Assembly: GCF_963921235.1 (NCBI RefSeq)
Contig: NC_086108.1
Span: 25,358,001 to 25,422,000 of the forward strand
Length of the DNA: 64,000 bases
Source: Mobula hypostoma
Taxonomy: Eukaryota
Direction: 5' to 3'
Positions 1 through 11,151 of the stretch are shown here, in pieces; the first letter of the stretch is position 1, and every line of letters begins with the position of its first letter. Under the pieces are notes generated by a model. That model had not been told where the DNA came from. It did no database searches and was given only the letters and a program-made list of their open reading frames with translations. The translations under genes were made by a program, and so were the position numbers.

Positions 1-70
1 AGGCAGTGCTGACAGAGGTCCATGGTATGCAATTGGGTAAACCTCGATTTCTGTAACTGTATTTGGAAGT

Positions 71-1640
71 AGAAACATAGAAAATAGGTGCAGGAGTAGG
101 CCATTCGGCCCTTCGAGCCTGCACTGCCATTCAGTATGATCATGGCTGATCATCCAACTCAGAACCCTATACCAGCCTTCCCTCCATACCCCCTGATCCC
201 TTTAGCCACAAGGGCCATATCTAACTCCCTCTCAAATATAGCCAATGAACTGGCCTCAACTGTTTCCTGTGGCAGAGAATTCCACAGATTCACCACTCTC
301 TGTGTGAAGAAGTTTTTCCTAATCTCGGTCCTAAAAGGCTTCCCCTTTATCCTCAAACTGTGACCCCTCGTTCTGGACTTCCCCAACATCGGGAACAATC
401 TTCCTGCATCTAGCCTGTCCAATTCCTTTAGGATTTTATACGTTTCAATCAGATCCCCCCTCAATCTTCTAAATTCCAACGAGTATAAGCCTAGTTCATC
501 CAGTCTTTCATTATATGAAAGTCCTGCCATCCCAGGAATCAATCTGGTGAACCTTCTTTGTACTCCCTCTATGGCAAGGATGTCTTTCCTCAGATTAGGG
601 GACCAAAACTGCACACAATACTCCAGGTGTGGTCTCACCAAGGCTTTGTACAACTGCAGTAGTACCTCCCTGCTCCTGTACTCAAATCATCTTGCTATAA
701 ATGCCAGGATACCATTCGCCTTTTTCACCGCCTGCTGTACCTGCATGCCCACTTTCAATGACTGGTGTATAATGACACCCAGGTCTCATTGCACTTCCCC
801 TTTTCCTAATCGGCCACCATTCAGATTATAATCTGTTTTCCTGTTTTTGCCACCAAAGTGGATAACTTCACATTTATCCACATTAAATTGCATCTGCCAT
901 GAATTTGCCCACTCACCTAACCTATCCAAGTCATCCTGCATCCTCTTAGCATCCTCCTCACAGCTAACACCGCCGCCCAGCTTCGTATCATCTGCAAACT
1001 TGGAGATGCTGCATTTAATTCCCTCATCCAAGTCAATATATTGTAAACAACTGGGGTCCCAGCACTGAGCCTTGCGGTACCCCACTAGTCACCGCCTGCC
1101 ATTCTGAAAAGGTCCCGTTTATTCCCACTCTTTGCTTCCTGTCTGCCAACCAATTCTCTATCCACATCAATACCTAACCCTCAATACCGTGTGCTTTAAG
1201 TTTGCACATTAATCTCCTGCGTGGGACCTTGTCAAAAGCCTTTTGAAAATCCAAATATACCACATCCAATGGTTCTCTCCTATCCACTCTACTAGTTACA
1301 TCCTCAAAAAATTCTTTGAGATTCGTCAGACATGATTTTCCTTTCACAAATCCATGCTGACTTTGTCCGATCATTTCACCGCTTTCCAAATGTGCTGTTA
1401 TCACATCTTTGATAACTGACTCTAGCAGTTTCCCCACCACTGATGTTAGGCTAACCGGTCTATAATTCCCTGATTTCTCTCTCCCTCCTTTTTTAAAAAG
1501 TGGGGTTACATTAGCCACCCTCCAATCCTCAGGAACTAGTCCAGAATCTAAAGAGTTTTGAAAAATTATCACTAATGCATCCACTATTTCTTGGGCTACT
1601 TCCCTAAGCACTCTGGGATGCAGACCATCTGGCCCTGGGG
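71..1640 (-). mobile_element. Young 5'-truncated CR1/HER1-type LINE (copy A): RT, 3'UTR and short tail; disabled
   Basis: ORFs 1174..1947, 786..1085 and 159..653 give SPGPDG, NYRPVSLTS, YLDFQKAFDKV, KFADD, YKALVRPHLEYCVQFW and FFTQRVVNLWNSLP. Tail is ctatgtttct. Candidate TSD ggaagt at 65-70 and 1639-1644. In-frame TAG at 1174-1176 and a 5-bp deletion near 1035 relative to copy B. Confidence 0.95.
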
Positions 1641-1944
1641 AAGTTTCCTTGAGTATAGTCTCTGGGATGTTAGAATATTTGCTGCACATACTTTTTGAGT
1701 AGCCCTGTGAGCACAGATAGCAGGCTAAAAATGTATAGTTACATATGGATCTGAACTTAAAATGGGAGAGTAATTGCACTAGAATAAATGTAATTGTCCC
1801 CTGCACAAAATCTATCTCAATTAATTTATTAATATGCAAGAGAATCAGCTGGAAAGGTAAAGTTGTCCCTGAATACTGGGAGAGAGAGAAGGGATGGAGA
1901 ACTGACAGGAGAAGGGACAGATGTAGAATGTAAAAAGAAATTTG

Positions 1945-2238
1945 CAAGAGAAATTAAAAGCAATGCCAAATATTTATGCAATGCATTAGGAAAAGTGAAA
2001 AAAAGGTGGTCAGGAATATTGTAGTCACCTTAAGAGTGGTCAGAGATATTGTAGTCACCTTAATGATGATGGGAATGAAAATAAGAACAGGACAGTGGAA
2101 CTGAATGATTACATTGCATTAGCTGTTGCACTGGTTTCAGGATAATCACGGATAACCTGGTATTGAATCAGGAACTAGTTAAAATTAATTCAAGCAAAAT
2201 AACAATGCTATAACATATAATGGGACAACTGAATGATA
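1945..2238 (+). mobile_element. Ancient degraded CR1 ORF2 fragment (5' part; host of copy B)
   Basis: Degenerate CR1-like sequence preceding the KSPGPD motif (...MGQLND|KS), continuing after 3868. Confidence 0.55.
2006..2063 (+). repeat. 30-bp tandem duplication (2 copies)
   Basis: gtggtcaggaatattgtagtcaccttaa and gtggtcagagatattgtagtcaccttaa. Confidence 0.9.
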
Positions 2239-3867
2239 GGGAAGTGGTGTTAGGTAAATTGAAGGGATTGAAGGCAGGTAAATCCCCAGGGCCAGATGGT
2301 CTGCTTCCCAGAGTGCTTAAGGAAGTAGCCCAAGAAATAGTGGATGCATTAGTGATAATTTTTCAAAGCTCGTTAGATTCTGGACTAGTTCCTGAGGATT
2401 GGAGGGTGGCTAATGTAACCCCACTTTTTAAAAAAGGAGGGAGAGAGAAACCAGGGAATTATAGACCGGTTAGCCTAACATCGGTGGTGGGGAAACTGCT
2501 GGAGTCAGTTATCAAGGATGTGATAACAGCACATTTGGAAAGCGGTGAAATGATCGGACAAAGTCAGCATGGATTTGTGAAAGGAAAATCATGTCTGACG
2601 AATCTCATAGAATTTTTTGAGGATGTAACTAGTAGAGTGGATAGGGGAGAACCAGTGGATGTGGTATATTTGGATTTTCAAAAGGCTTTTGACAAGGTCC
2701 CACACAGGAGATTAGTGTGCAAACTGAAAGCACACGGTATTGGGGGTTAGGTATTGGTGTGGGTGGAGAATTGGTTAGCAGACAGGAAGCAAAGAGTGGG
2801 AATAAACGGGATCTTTTCAGAATGGCAGGCGGTGACTAGTGGGGTACCGCAAGGCTCAGTGCTGGGACCCCAGTTGTTTACAATATATATTAATGACTTG
2901 GATGAGGGAATTAAATGCAGCATCTCCAAGTTTGCGGATGACACGAAGCTGGGCGGCAGTGTTAGCAGTGAGGAGGATGCTAAGAGGATGCAGGGTGACT
3001 TGGATAGGTTGGGTGAGTGGGCAAACTCATGGCAGATGCAATTTAATGTGGATAAATGTGAAGTTATCCACTTTGGTGGCAAAAATAGGAAAACAGATTA
3101 TTATCTGAATGGTGGCCGATTAGGAAAAGGGGAGGTGCAACGAGACCTGGGTGTCATTATACACCAGTCATTGAAAGTGGGCATGCAGGTACAGCAGGCG
3201 GTGAAAAAGGCGAATGGTATGCTGGCATTTATAGCGAGAGGATTTGAGTACAGGAGCAGGGAGGTACTACTGCAGTTGTACAAGGCCTTGGTGAGACCAC
3301 ACCTGGAGTATTGTGTGCAGTTTTGGTACCCTAACCTGAGGAAAGACATCTTTGCCATAGAGGGAGTACAAAGAAGGTTCACCAAATTGATTCCTGGGAT
3401 GGCAGGACTTTCATATGAAGAAAGACTGGATGAACTGGGCTTGTACTCGTTGGAATTTAGAAGATTGAGGGGGGGATCTGATTGAAACGTATAAGATCCT
3501 AAAGGGATTGGACAGGCTAGATGCAGGAAGATTGTTCCCGATGTTGGGGAAGTCCAGAACGAGGGGTCACAGTTTGAAGATAGAGGGGAAGCCTTTTAGG
3601 ACCGAGATTAGGAAAAACTTCTTCACACAGAGAGTGGTGAATCTGTGGAATTCTCTGCCACAGGAAACTGTTGAGGCCAGTTCATTGGCTATGTTTAAGA
3701 GGGAGTTAGATATGGCCCTTGTGGCTACAGGGGTCAGGGGGTATGGAGGGAAGGCTGGGGCGGGGTTCTGAGTTGGATGATCAGCCATGATCATAATAAA
3801 TGGCGGTGCAGGTTCGAAGGGCCGAATGGCCTACTCCTGCACCTATTTTCTATGTTTCTATGTTTCT
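2239..3867 (+). mobile_element. Young 5'-truncated CR1/HER1-type LINE (copy B); disabled
   Basis: ORFs 2220..2750, 2754..3485 and 3508..3771 carry the RT motifs [10 protein letters not shown] and KFADD. TAG at 2748-2750, extra G in the run near 3470, tail (tatgtttc)n. Confidence 0.95.
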
Positions 3868-4129
3868 ATAAATCATTCATTTTCCATATTAAATTAGCAA
3901 GTTGCAAATGACCAAAATGAAATTTCCCTATATTTAGTCACTCTGAACCCTTATCATCAGTTTGTAAATATTACAACTATCAGTCCAATTTTTAAGATAG
4001 ATTAATAGAGTCTTAAGACATAGGAGCAGGGCCTCCACAACTTCTACTACTATCCCACACCGTTCCATCCACACCAGAATCCTCAGACTAGTCCCATTTT
4101 ATTCTCTCTCCAGATTTGACTCATATATT

Positions 4130-4328
4130 AGGGATCATTTATAGTGCCCAAATAACCTACTAGCTAACATGTCTTTGAGAATCAGAAAGAAAGTTGGAGT
4201 ATCTAAAAGAAGTTCACGCGGACACAGGAAGAACACACAAACTCTAAGCAGACAGCACTGGAGCTCAGTAATGAACCAGGGTCACTGGAACTATAAAGCA
4301 ACAATCTACCAATAGCACCCAGTGCATC
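4130..4328 (-). mobile_element. Degraded V-SINE (HE1-like, tRNA-derived)
   Basis: Reverse complement resembles the V-domain (gagtttgtgtgttcttcctgtgtccgcgtg...) preceded by a tRNA-like head with a B-box. Confidence 0.65.
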
Positions 4329-4334
4329 CCCCAA

Positions 4335-5470
4335 ATGGGATGGGAGTGTGAAACCTAAGAATTATAGAATAATTAGCTTTTCATTGTTGGGTACTTAATG
4401 ATAGAATGACCTCAAAGGTTTGCAGTTGCACAGAAAAAGCCAGTATGGATTTGTAGATGGTAGGACAAACCTAATGGAGCTGATAGAATGCTTTCGAAGG
4501 AATGAGTAAAAGCATGAGCAAAGAATGTCATATGTAATATTTAAACACATTTGTTAATTTACTCAGAGAAGACTGTTGATAAAAGATGGAGCCATAGGAT
4601 AAAAAATATTTATTAAACTAGATAGAAAATTGGCTGATAATGGAGTGATGCTCCAATGTGTAGAATGACACTTTTGGACACAGTTAGAATCTGTGCTTGG
4701 GCTAGCATTATTTGGTATGTTCACCACCGAGGATGGCGTAAAAAAAAAATTGTGCAAACAGATTTGTTGATAACACAAAAATAGGCAGAGTTTGTATTAA
4801 CAAAGAGATAGGAAAATTAAGTGAAAAAGGAAAGTTGTGACAAATTAATTTTAATGCAATAAAATACAAGTTCACTGATTTTGCATCTGCAAAGGATGGA
4901 ATCAGGACTTGCTAATGAGTGAAAAGTCAGACGAAATAAGAAATGTTTGGTTGTCCATATGTGTAGATATAGAGAGAGATCAATAAAACATCATAGCTGG
5001 GAAGAAGATGAAGTGAATGCTTAAGTTTAACCACTTCTGCTACACTGTGAACACTTCTTGGCACCACCCCTCAGGAAAGAAAGTTGGAATTGGAGAAAAT
5101 GTCCAATTAATGAAATAACACCTGGGTTTTTAATAACTAAATTCAGATCACATTAGAGAGACATGGAAATTGGATAGTTCATAGGTGATTTGATTGTTTT
5201 TTTAAATATATAAATGGAACAGATAAGGTAGCTATTAGGAAAAAAAATCCACTCAGTAGGATCTCAGGATAAAAGATCATGACCTAGAAATGAGATCCAG
5301 ACACTTTGGGTATGAAGCTAGGAAACATTTCTATACCCAGATGACTGTAGAAATTTGGAACTCTTTTATTTGCAACATAGTAATTAGCACTTGGTTGATA
5401 GTCAATTTAAAGCGAGATTGATGGATTTATAATAATAAATAATATGAATGATATATGGGGAACTGGTAGG
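4335..5470 (+). mobile_element. Ancient degraded CR1 ORF2 fragment (3' part)
   Basis: Remnants such as KPKNYRIIS, SQYGFVDGRTNL and aaacatttctatacccagatgactgtagaaatttggaactc (FFTQRVV.LWNS homologue). Confidence 0.65.
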
Positions 5471-5744
5471 TACTGCTGATCCCCAGATGAAGGAACTGAC
5501 TTTATGCAAGTTGTCCTATACAGTTTAAAAAGTGTTTCAAGACATTAATAAAAAAAATAATATGTTTGTGCTGTTCATTAACAGATGGATACAGTACATT
5601 TTTATTCATTCATTTATGGGTAGTGTCAGGTGAATATTCAACAAAATGGTATAGGGAGTATGTGTGGGGTGTTGCATTATAGGCAGCTGGAGAAAATGGA
5701 TATTCTGAGCTATAGAAAAAATATCAACATTTGGATATTGAATG

Positions 5745-5882
5745 ATTCCTGAAGAAGAGTTTTGGCCAGAAATGTCGATGGTTTACTCTTTTCCATAGAT
5801 ACTGCCTGGTCTGCTGAGTTCCTCCAGCATTTTGTGTGTGTTGCTTTGGAATTCTAGCATGCGCAGATGTTCTTGTGTTTGT
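5745..5882 (+). mobile_element. Penelope-like terminal fragment beginning at a degenerate hammerhead motif
   Basis: ctgaaga...gaaatgtc followed by the tail catagatactgcctgg...tccagcattttgtgtgtgttgc shared with the PLE copies at 10441-11151 and 27880-28930. Confidence 0.75.
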
Positions 5883-6844
5883 GGAACATCTAGATATTTT
5901 TAAGGATATAAACCTTACATAAGCAAGGGTCTGGCTATATCTGGAGATGGCCATGAAGCCATCATCTGACTGAATGCTGGAACAGTGTTGAGAGGCTAAA
6001 TGGCCTATGGCTCTCATTTAGTTATTACACTTCTCTGAAACTTTTTATTCATTAGATCTAACAGATTTAGGTTTATGCGTTCAATTGTGGGAATTATGCA
6101 AGAGTACAATGCAGCACTGAAGCATAGAAGAGAAGATTTAATTCATTAAACAAATAAATGCCTACTAGTGCTAAACCTATTCCCAGTGGGGGAAGAAGAA
6201 GCTGAAATTAACAAAAAAATGTAGCTCAAATATTTTAACTGCTGAAATGAAATAATAAGGTTGATTTAGAGACACATTTTGTGGTTAAAAAGCAAAAGGT
6301 TGTAGACATGATTAAACAAGCAAACCGCAACTTGGAATTAGCATAGGAAATAATTTATTGTGCATAGAAAAACTGATTTTAATGAACCTCTATTTTTAAG
6401 TGAGCTTTCCTCCTCCAGTCTTCTGATCATAAAGATTCTCTCCGATTTTCCAAGGTTTCATTGTACCTGTCCTGATGATACGATCTTCTACTAAAATCGT
6501 CTCTTATTTCTTCTATTTCCCTCAAAGGAAGATGGGAATCTCAGTCATTATGCACCGCTTAGGTCATATGGTCTTTTTCCATGCTGCTTAACTCTATGAC
6601 CCTATGACCAGGTGATAAGAATTTTGAAGGAATCAACAAAGGCAACAACTAGTAGCCTTGTCATCTACATCAGAGCCTTTTGCATCCATATCCCACTGTG
6701 TGATGAGATTGCAAAATAAAAGCTCTCCACCAACGTGTTACTAGTATTTCCCTTGCAAAAGCTGAGCTATTAGCTTTGTTGCCATCTCCATGGAGCCTAC
6801 TTTACCTCTTCTGTATTTACAGCAGTTTTATTTTATAACACAAA

Positions 6845-7797
6845 TGATTCTGTAATGCTGGAAATCCAGAGCAACATACTTTAAAAAAAAACTGGAAGAA
6901 CTCAGCAGGTCAAGCAGCATCTATGATGAACAGTCGATATTTTGGGCCAAAACCCTTCATCAAGAATGGAAAGGAAGGAGTAAGATGCCTGAAAATAAAG
7001 TGGAAGGAGGGGAAGGAGCTTGCTGGAAGGTGATAGATAAAGTCAGGTGGGTGGGAAAGGTAACAGGCCAGAGAAGAAGGAACCTGATAGGAGAGGAGAG
7101 TGAATCAGAACGAGGGCACCAGGGGGAAGTGATAGGCAGGTGAAGAGAAGAGCAAAGAGGCCAGAGTGAGGAATGGAGAGGAGAAAAGAAAAAAAGAGGG
7201 GAAAAATGCTGGTAGTTGGAGAAATTGATGTTCATGCCATCAGTTTGGTCTAGGCTACCGAGATGGAATGTGAGGTGGTGTTGCTCCTCCACCATCAGAG
7301 TGGTTTCATTGCGGCAGTAGAACATGCCATGGACCGAAATGTCAGAATGGGAGGTTTACCACAGGAAAATTCCACTTCTGGGGGATGGAGTGGAGGTCTT
7401 TCACAAAGCTGTTCCCCAACTTATGTCAGGTCTCAACAATTTAGAAGAGGCTGCATTGGGGGCACTGCACAGTAGGTGACTCTAACAAATTTGCAGGTGA
7501 AGTGTTGCCTCACCTGGGAGGACAGTTTGGGGCCCTGAATGAAGGTGAGTGAGGAGGTGGATGGGCCAGGAGGGAGATTAGTGGGAAGGGATGAATGAAT
7601 AAGCAAATCACAGAGGGAGTGATCCCTGCAGAAAGCGTAGCAGGGAAGTTAAGATTTAGGATCTCATTGAAGATGTGGAAGTTGATGTGTTGGATACGAA
7701 GGCTCATGGGGAGGTTGGTGAGGATGAGGAACCCCCCTGTATGGTATCGGCAAGATGGGGTGAATGCAAATATATGGGAAATGGAGGAGATGTGGGT
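6845..7797 (-). mobile_element. Penelope-like element (degraded GIY-YIG region plus terminus); continues at ~8595-8690 and ~9806-9835
   Basis: ORF 6960..7325 (-) CRNETTLMVEEQHHLTFHLGSL..DGMNINFSN, pyrimidine-rich 3' region and terminal motif. Interrupted by two Rex-Babar copies. Confidence 0.85.
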
Positions 7798-8590
7798 GAC
7801 ATCAGCAAGACGAAAGAGCTGATCGTAGACATCAAGAAGGGTAAGACGAAGGAACAGACTCCAATCCTCATAGAGGGATCAGAAGTGGAGAGGGTGAGCA
7901 GTTTCAAGTTCCTGAGTGTCAAGATCCCTGAGGAACTAATCGGATCCCAACATATCAATGCAGTTATAAAGAAGGTAAGACTGTGACTATACTTCATTAG
8001 GAGTTTGAAGAGATTTGGTATATCAACAAATACACTCAAGAACATCTATAGATGTACCATGGATAGCGTTTTGATAGGCTGTATCACTGTCTGGTATGGG
8101 GGGGGCACTACTGTAAAGGACCAAAAGAAGCTGAAGAGGGTCGTAGATTTAGTCGGCTCCATCTTAGGAACTAGCCTACAAAGTATCCAGGACCTCTTCA
8201 AGGAGCAGTATCTCAGAAAGGCAGCGTCCATTATTAAGGACCTCCAGCACCTAGGGCATGCCCTTTTCTCACTGCTACCATCAAGTAGGAGGTACAGAAG
8301 CCTGCAGGCACACACTCAGCAATTCAGGGACAACTTCTTCCCCTCTGCCATCCGATTCCTAAATGGACATTGAACCTATGAAAATGACCTCACTTTTTAA
8401 TATACGGTATATTATTTCTGTTTTTTGCATGATTTTTAATCTATTCAATATAAGTATACTGTAATTTATTTATTATTATTCTTTTGTTGTTTTACTTCTA
8501 TATAATGTATTGCATTGAACTGCTACTGCTAAGTTAACAAATTTCACAACACATGCCGGTGAAAGTAAACCTGATTCTGATTCTGATCCT
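7798..8590 (+). mobile_element. Rex1/Babar-type LINE 3' fragment
   Basis: KTKELIVD, VERVSSFKFL, YRCTMDSVLIGCITVWYG and HALFSLLPSSRRYRS...FFPSAIRFLN; tail (ctgatt)n. Confidence 0.85.
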
Positions 8591-8692
8591 GATCAATAGT
8601 GGAGGATGGGAAATCCCATTCCTTGAAGAAGAGGGACATCTCTGATGTCCCGAAAAGTAAAGCCTCATTCTGGCAACAGATGTGGCAGAGAC

Positions 8693-9806
8693 CTGGGCCT
8701 CTGACCTCCCTCTGCAATTGGATCCTTGACTTCCTAATCAGAGACCACAATCTGTGCGGATTGGTGATAATAATTCCTCCTTGCTGACAATCAACACTGG
8801 TGCACGTCAGGGATATTTGCTTAGCCCTCTGCTCTACTCTTTGTATACCCATGACTGTGTGGCTAGGCATAGCTCAAATGCCATCTATAAATTTGCTGAT
8901 GATACAACCAATGTTAGTAGAATCTCAGGTGGTGATGAATGGGTGTACAGGAGTGAGATATGTCAACTTGTGGAGTGGTATCACAGCAACAACCTTTCAC
9001 TCAACGTCAGTAAGATGAAAGAGGTGATTGTGGACTTCAGGTAGGGTAAGATGAAGGAACACATAGAAATCCTCACAGAGGGATCAGCAGTGGAGAGAGT
9101 GAGCAGTTTCAAGTTCCTGGGTGTCAAGATGTCTGAGGACCTGACCTGGTCCCAACATATCCATGCAATTATAAAGAAGGCAAGGCAGTGACTCTACTTC
9201 ATTAGGAGCTTGAAGAAATTTTGCATGTCAACAAAAACACTCAAAAACTTCTATAGATGTGCCATGGAGAGCATTTGGACAGGCTGCATCACTGTCTGGA
9301 ATTGGAGGGGGGGTGGGGGGTGGGTGGGGTGCCTACTGCACAGGACCGAAGGAAGCTACAGAAGGTTGTAAATTTAGTCAGCTCCATCTTGGGTACTGGC
9401 CTACAAAGTACCCAGGACATCTTCAAGGAGTGATGTCTCAGAAAGGCAGTGTCCATTATTAAGGACCTCCAGCACCCACGGCATGCTGTTTTCTCACTGT
9501 TACCATCATGTAGGAGGTACAGAAGTCTGAAGGCACACACTCAACGATTCAGCAACGGCTTCTTCCCCTCTGCCATCCGATTCCTAAATGGACATTGAAC
9601 CCATGAACACGACCTCACTTTTTTAGTATATATTATTTCTGTTTCACACGGTTTTTAATCTATTTAGTATACATATAATGTAATTGATTTACTTATTTAT
9701 TTATTGTACATTTTTCTTTTCTATTATGTATTGCATTGAACTGCTGCTGCTAAGTTAACAAATTTCACAACACATGCCGGTGATAATAAGCCTGATTCTG
9801 ATTCTG
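8693..9806 (+). mobile_element. Rex1/Babar-type LINE 3' fragment (same family as 7798-8590)
   Basis: LCNWILDFL, TGARQG..LSPLLYSLYTHDC and YKFADDT; same 3'UTR and (ctgatt)n tail. Confidence 0.88.
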
Positions 9807-10440
9807 AGATGGAGCAACTGAGGAAAGGAAATAATATGTTGTGAATTTAATATTTCAGTATTACTTGAGTAATATTGTAAATACTGGATTGTATATTGTT
9901 TAACTATGTGTAAAAGTACATGAATGTCATATGTCATTACACCACCATGTCATATATGTGCGTCTCACCAAAGTGAAAACAAAGTAGACACGCATCTCCC
10001 AGTTACCGTGTTTTTCTTTCAGTCAGTTTTTTCTTGTAGTTACAAACAGTTATGCTGAGGTAGTTTTAAAAAATATCTGAAATGACTACCCACCTGCTGA
10101 AGTGCAGTGAGATATTCGAGTTTTTAAAAAATGTAGCACGTTATTTTTCATTTGCAAGGGGAGAGACAGAGAGATGGCTAAGTTAAAAAAAAGTGCAGCA
10201 CGTGTTCTTCAGAAATTTAGAAAGGTGGTCAAGTTTTAAAAAAAGGCAGAAAACGTATAAAATTCATGAGTTCGTAAAGAGTGAGTACCAGGTGATAATC
10301 ATAAATTAAATAAAGCAGTAATTGCTGGCTATGTTAGAAAGATACACATTTCCATTGCACAGCATATGCATACCGAGTTGATGGATACCGAGTTAGTTGA
10401 GTATTATTTTGAAACAAATGAAGTAACCAATGAGAAAGAA

Positions 10441-11151
10441 CACTTCACCTGTGAGTCGACTGGGGTGATATACTGCGTCCGGTGCTCCCAATGTGGCCTT
10501 TTATATATTGGCGAGACCCAACGCAGACTGGGAGACCGCTTTGCTGAACATCTATGCTCTGTCCACCAGAGAAAGCAGGATCTCCCAGTGGCCACACTTT
10601 TTAATTCCACATCCCATTCCCATTCTGACATGTCTATCCACGGCCTCCTCTACTGTAAAGATGAAGCCACACTCAGGTTGGAGGAACAACACCTTATATT
10701 CCGTCTGGGTAGCCTCCAACCTGATGGCATGAACATCGACTTCTCTAACTTCCGCTAAGGCCCCACCTCCCCCTCGTACCCCATCTGTTACTTATTTTTA
10801 TGCACACATTCTTTCTCTCAATTTCCTTTTTCTCCCTCTGTCCCTTTGAATATACCTCTTGCCCATCCTCTGGGTCCCCCCCGCCCTTGTCTTTCTTCCC
10901 AGACCTCCTGTCCCATGATCCTCTCGTATCCCCTTTTGCCTATCACCTGTCCAGCTCTTGGCTCTATCCCTCCCCCTCCTGTCTTCTCCTATCATTTTGG
11001 ATCTCCCCCTCCCCCTCCAACTTTCAAATCCCTTACTCACTCTTCCTTCAGTTAGTCCTGACGAAGGGTCTCGGCCTGAAACATCGACTGCACCTCTTCC
11101 TACAGATGCTGCCTGGCCTGCTGCATTCACCAGCAACTTTGATGTGTGTTG
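10441..11151 (+). mobile_element. Young 5'-truncated Penelope-like element (GIY-YIG endonuclease C-terminus) inserted in the Gypsy gag
   Basis: GVIYCVRCSQCGLLYIGETQRRLGDRFAEH...EEQHLIFRLGSLQPDGMN is an intact reading frame. 12-bp TSD aatgagaaagaa at 10429-10440 and 11152-11163. Confidence 0.95.
11053..11090 (+). ncRNA. Minimal type-I hammerhead ribozyme motif in PLE terminus
   Basis: tagtc-CTGACGA-agg(gtctcgg)cct-GAAA-ca-TC-gactg: stem I, catalytic core, stem II and NUH triplet. Confidence 0.75.

Noticed and set aside
136..3794. Antisense and alternate-frame ORFs over the CR1 copies, and the N-terminal extension of ORF 1174..1947
   Set aside because: Shadow frames of LINE sequence or read-in from flanking DNA; not genes.
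10366..10758. Apparent gag/GIY-YIG fusion ORF
   Set aside because: Chance in-frame junction created by the PLE insertion (TSD visible); the surrounding gag is broken.
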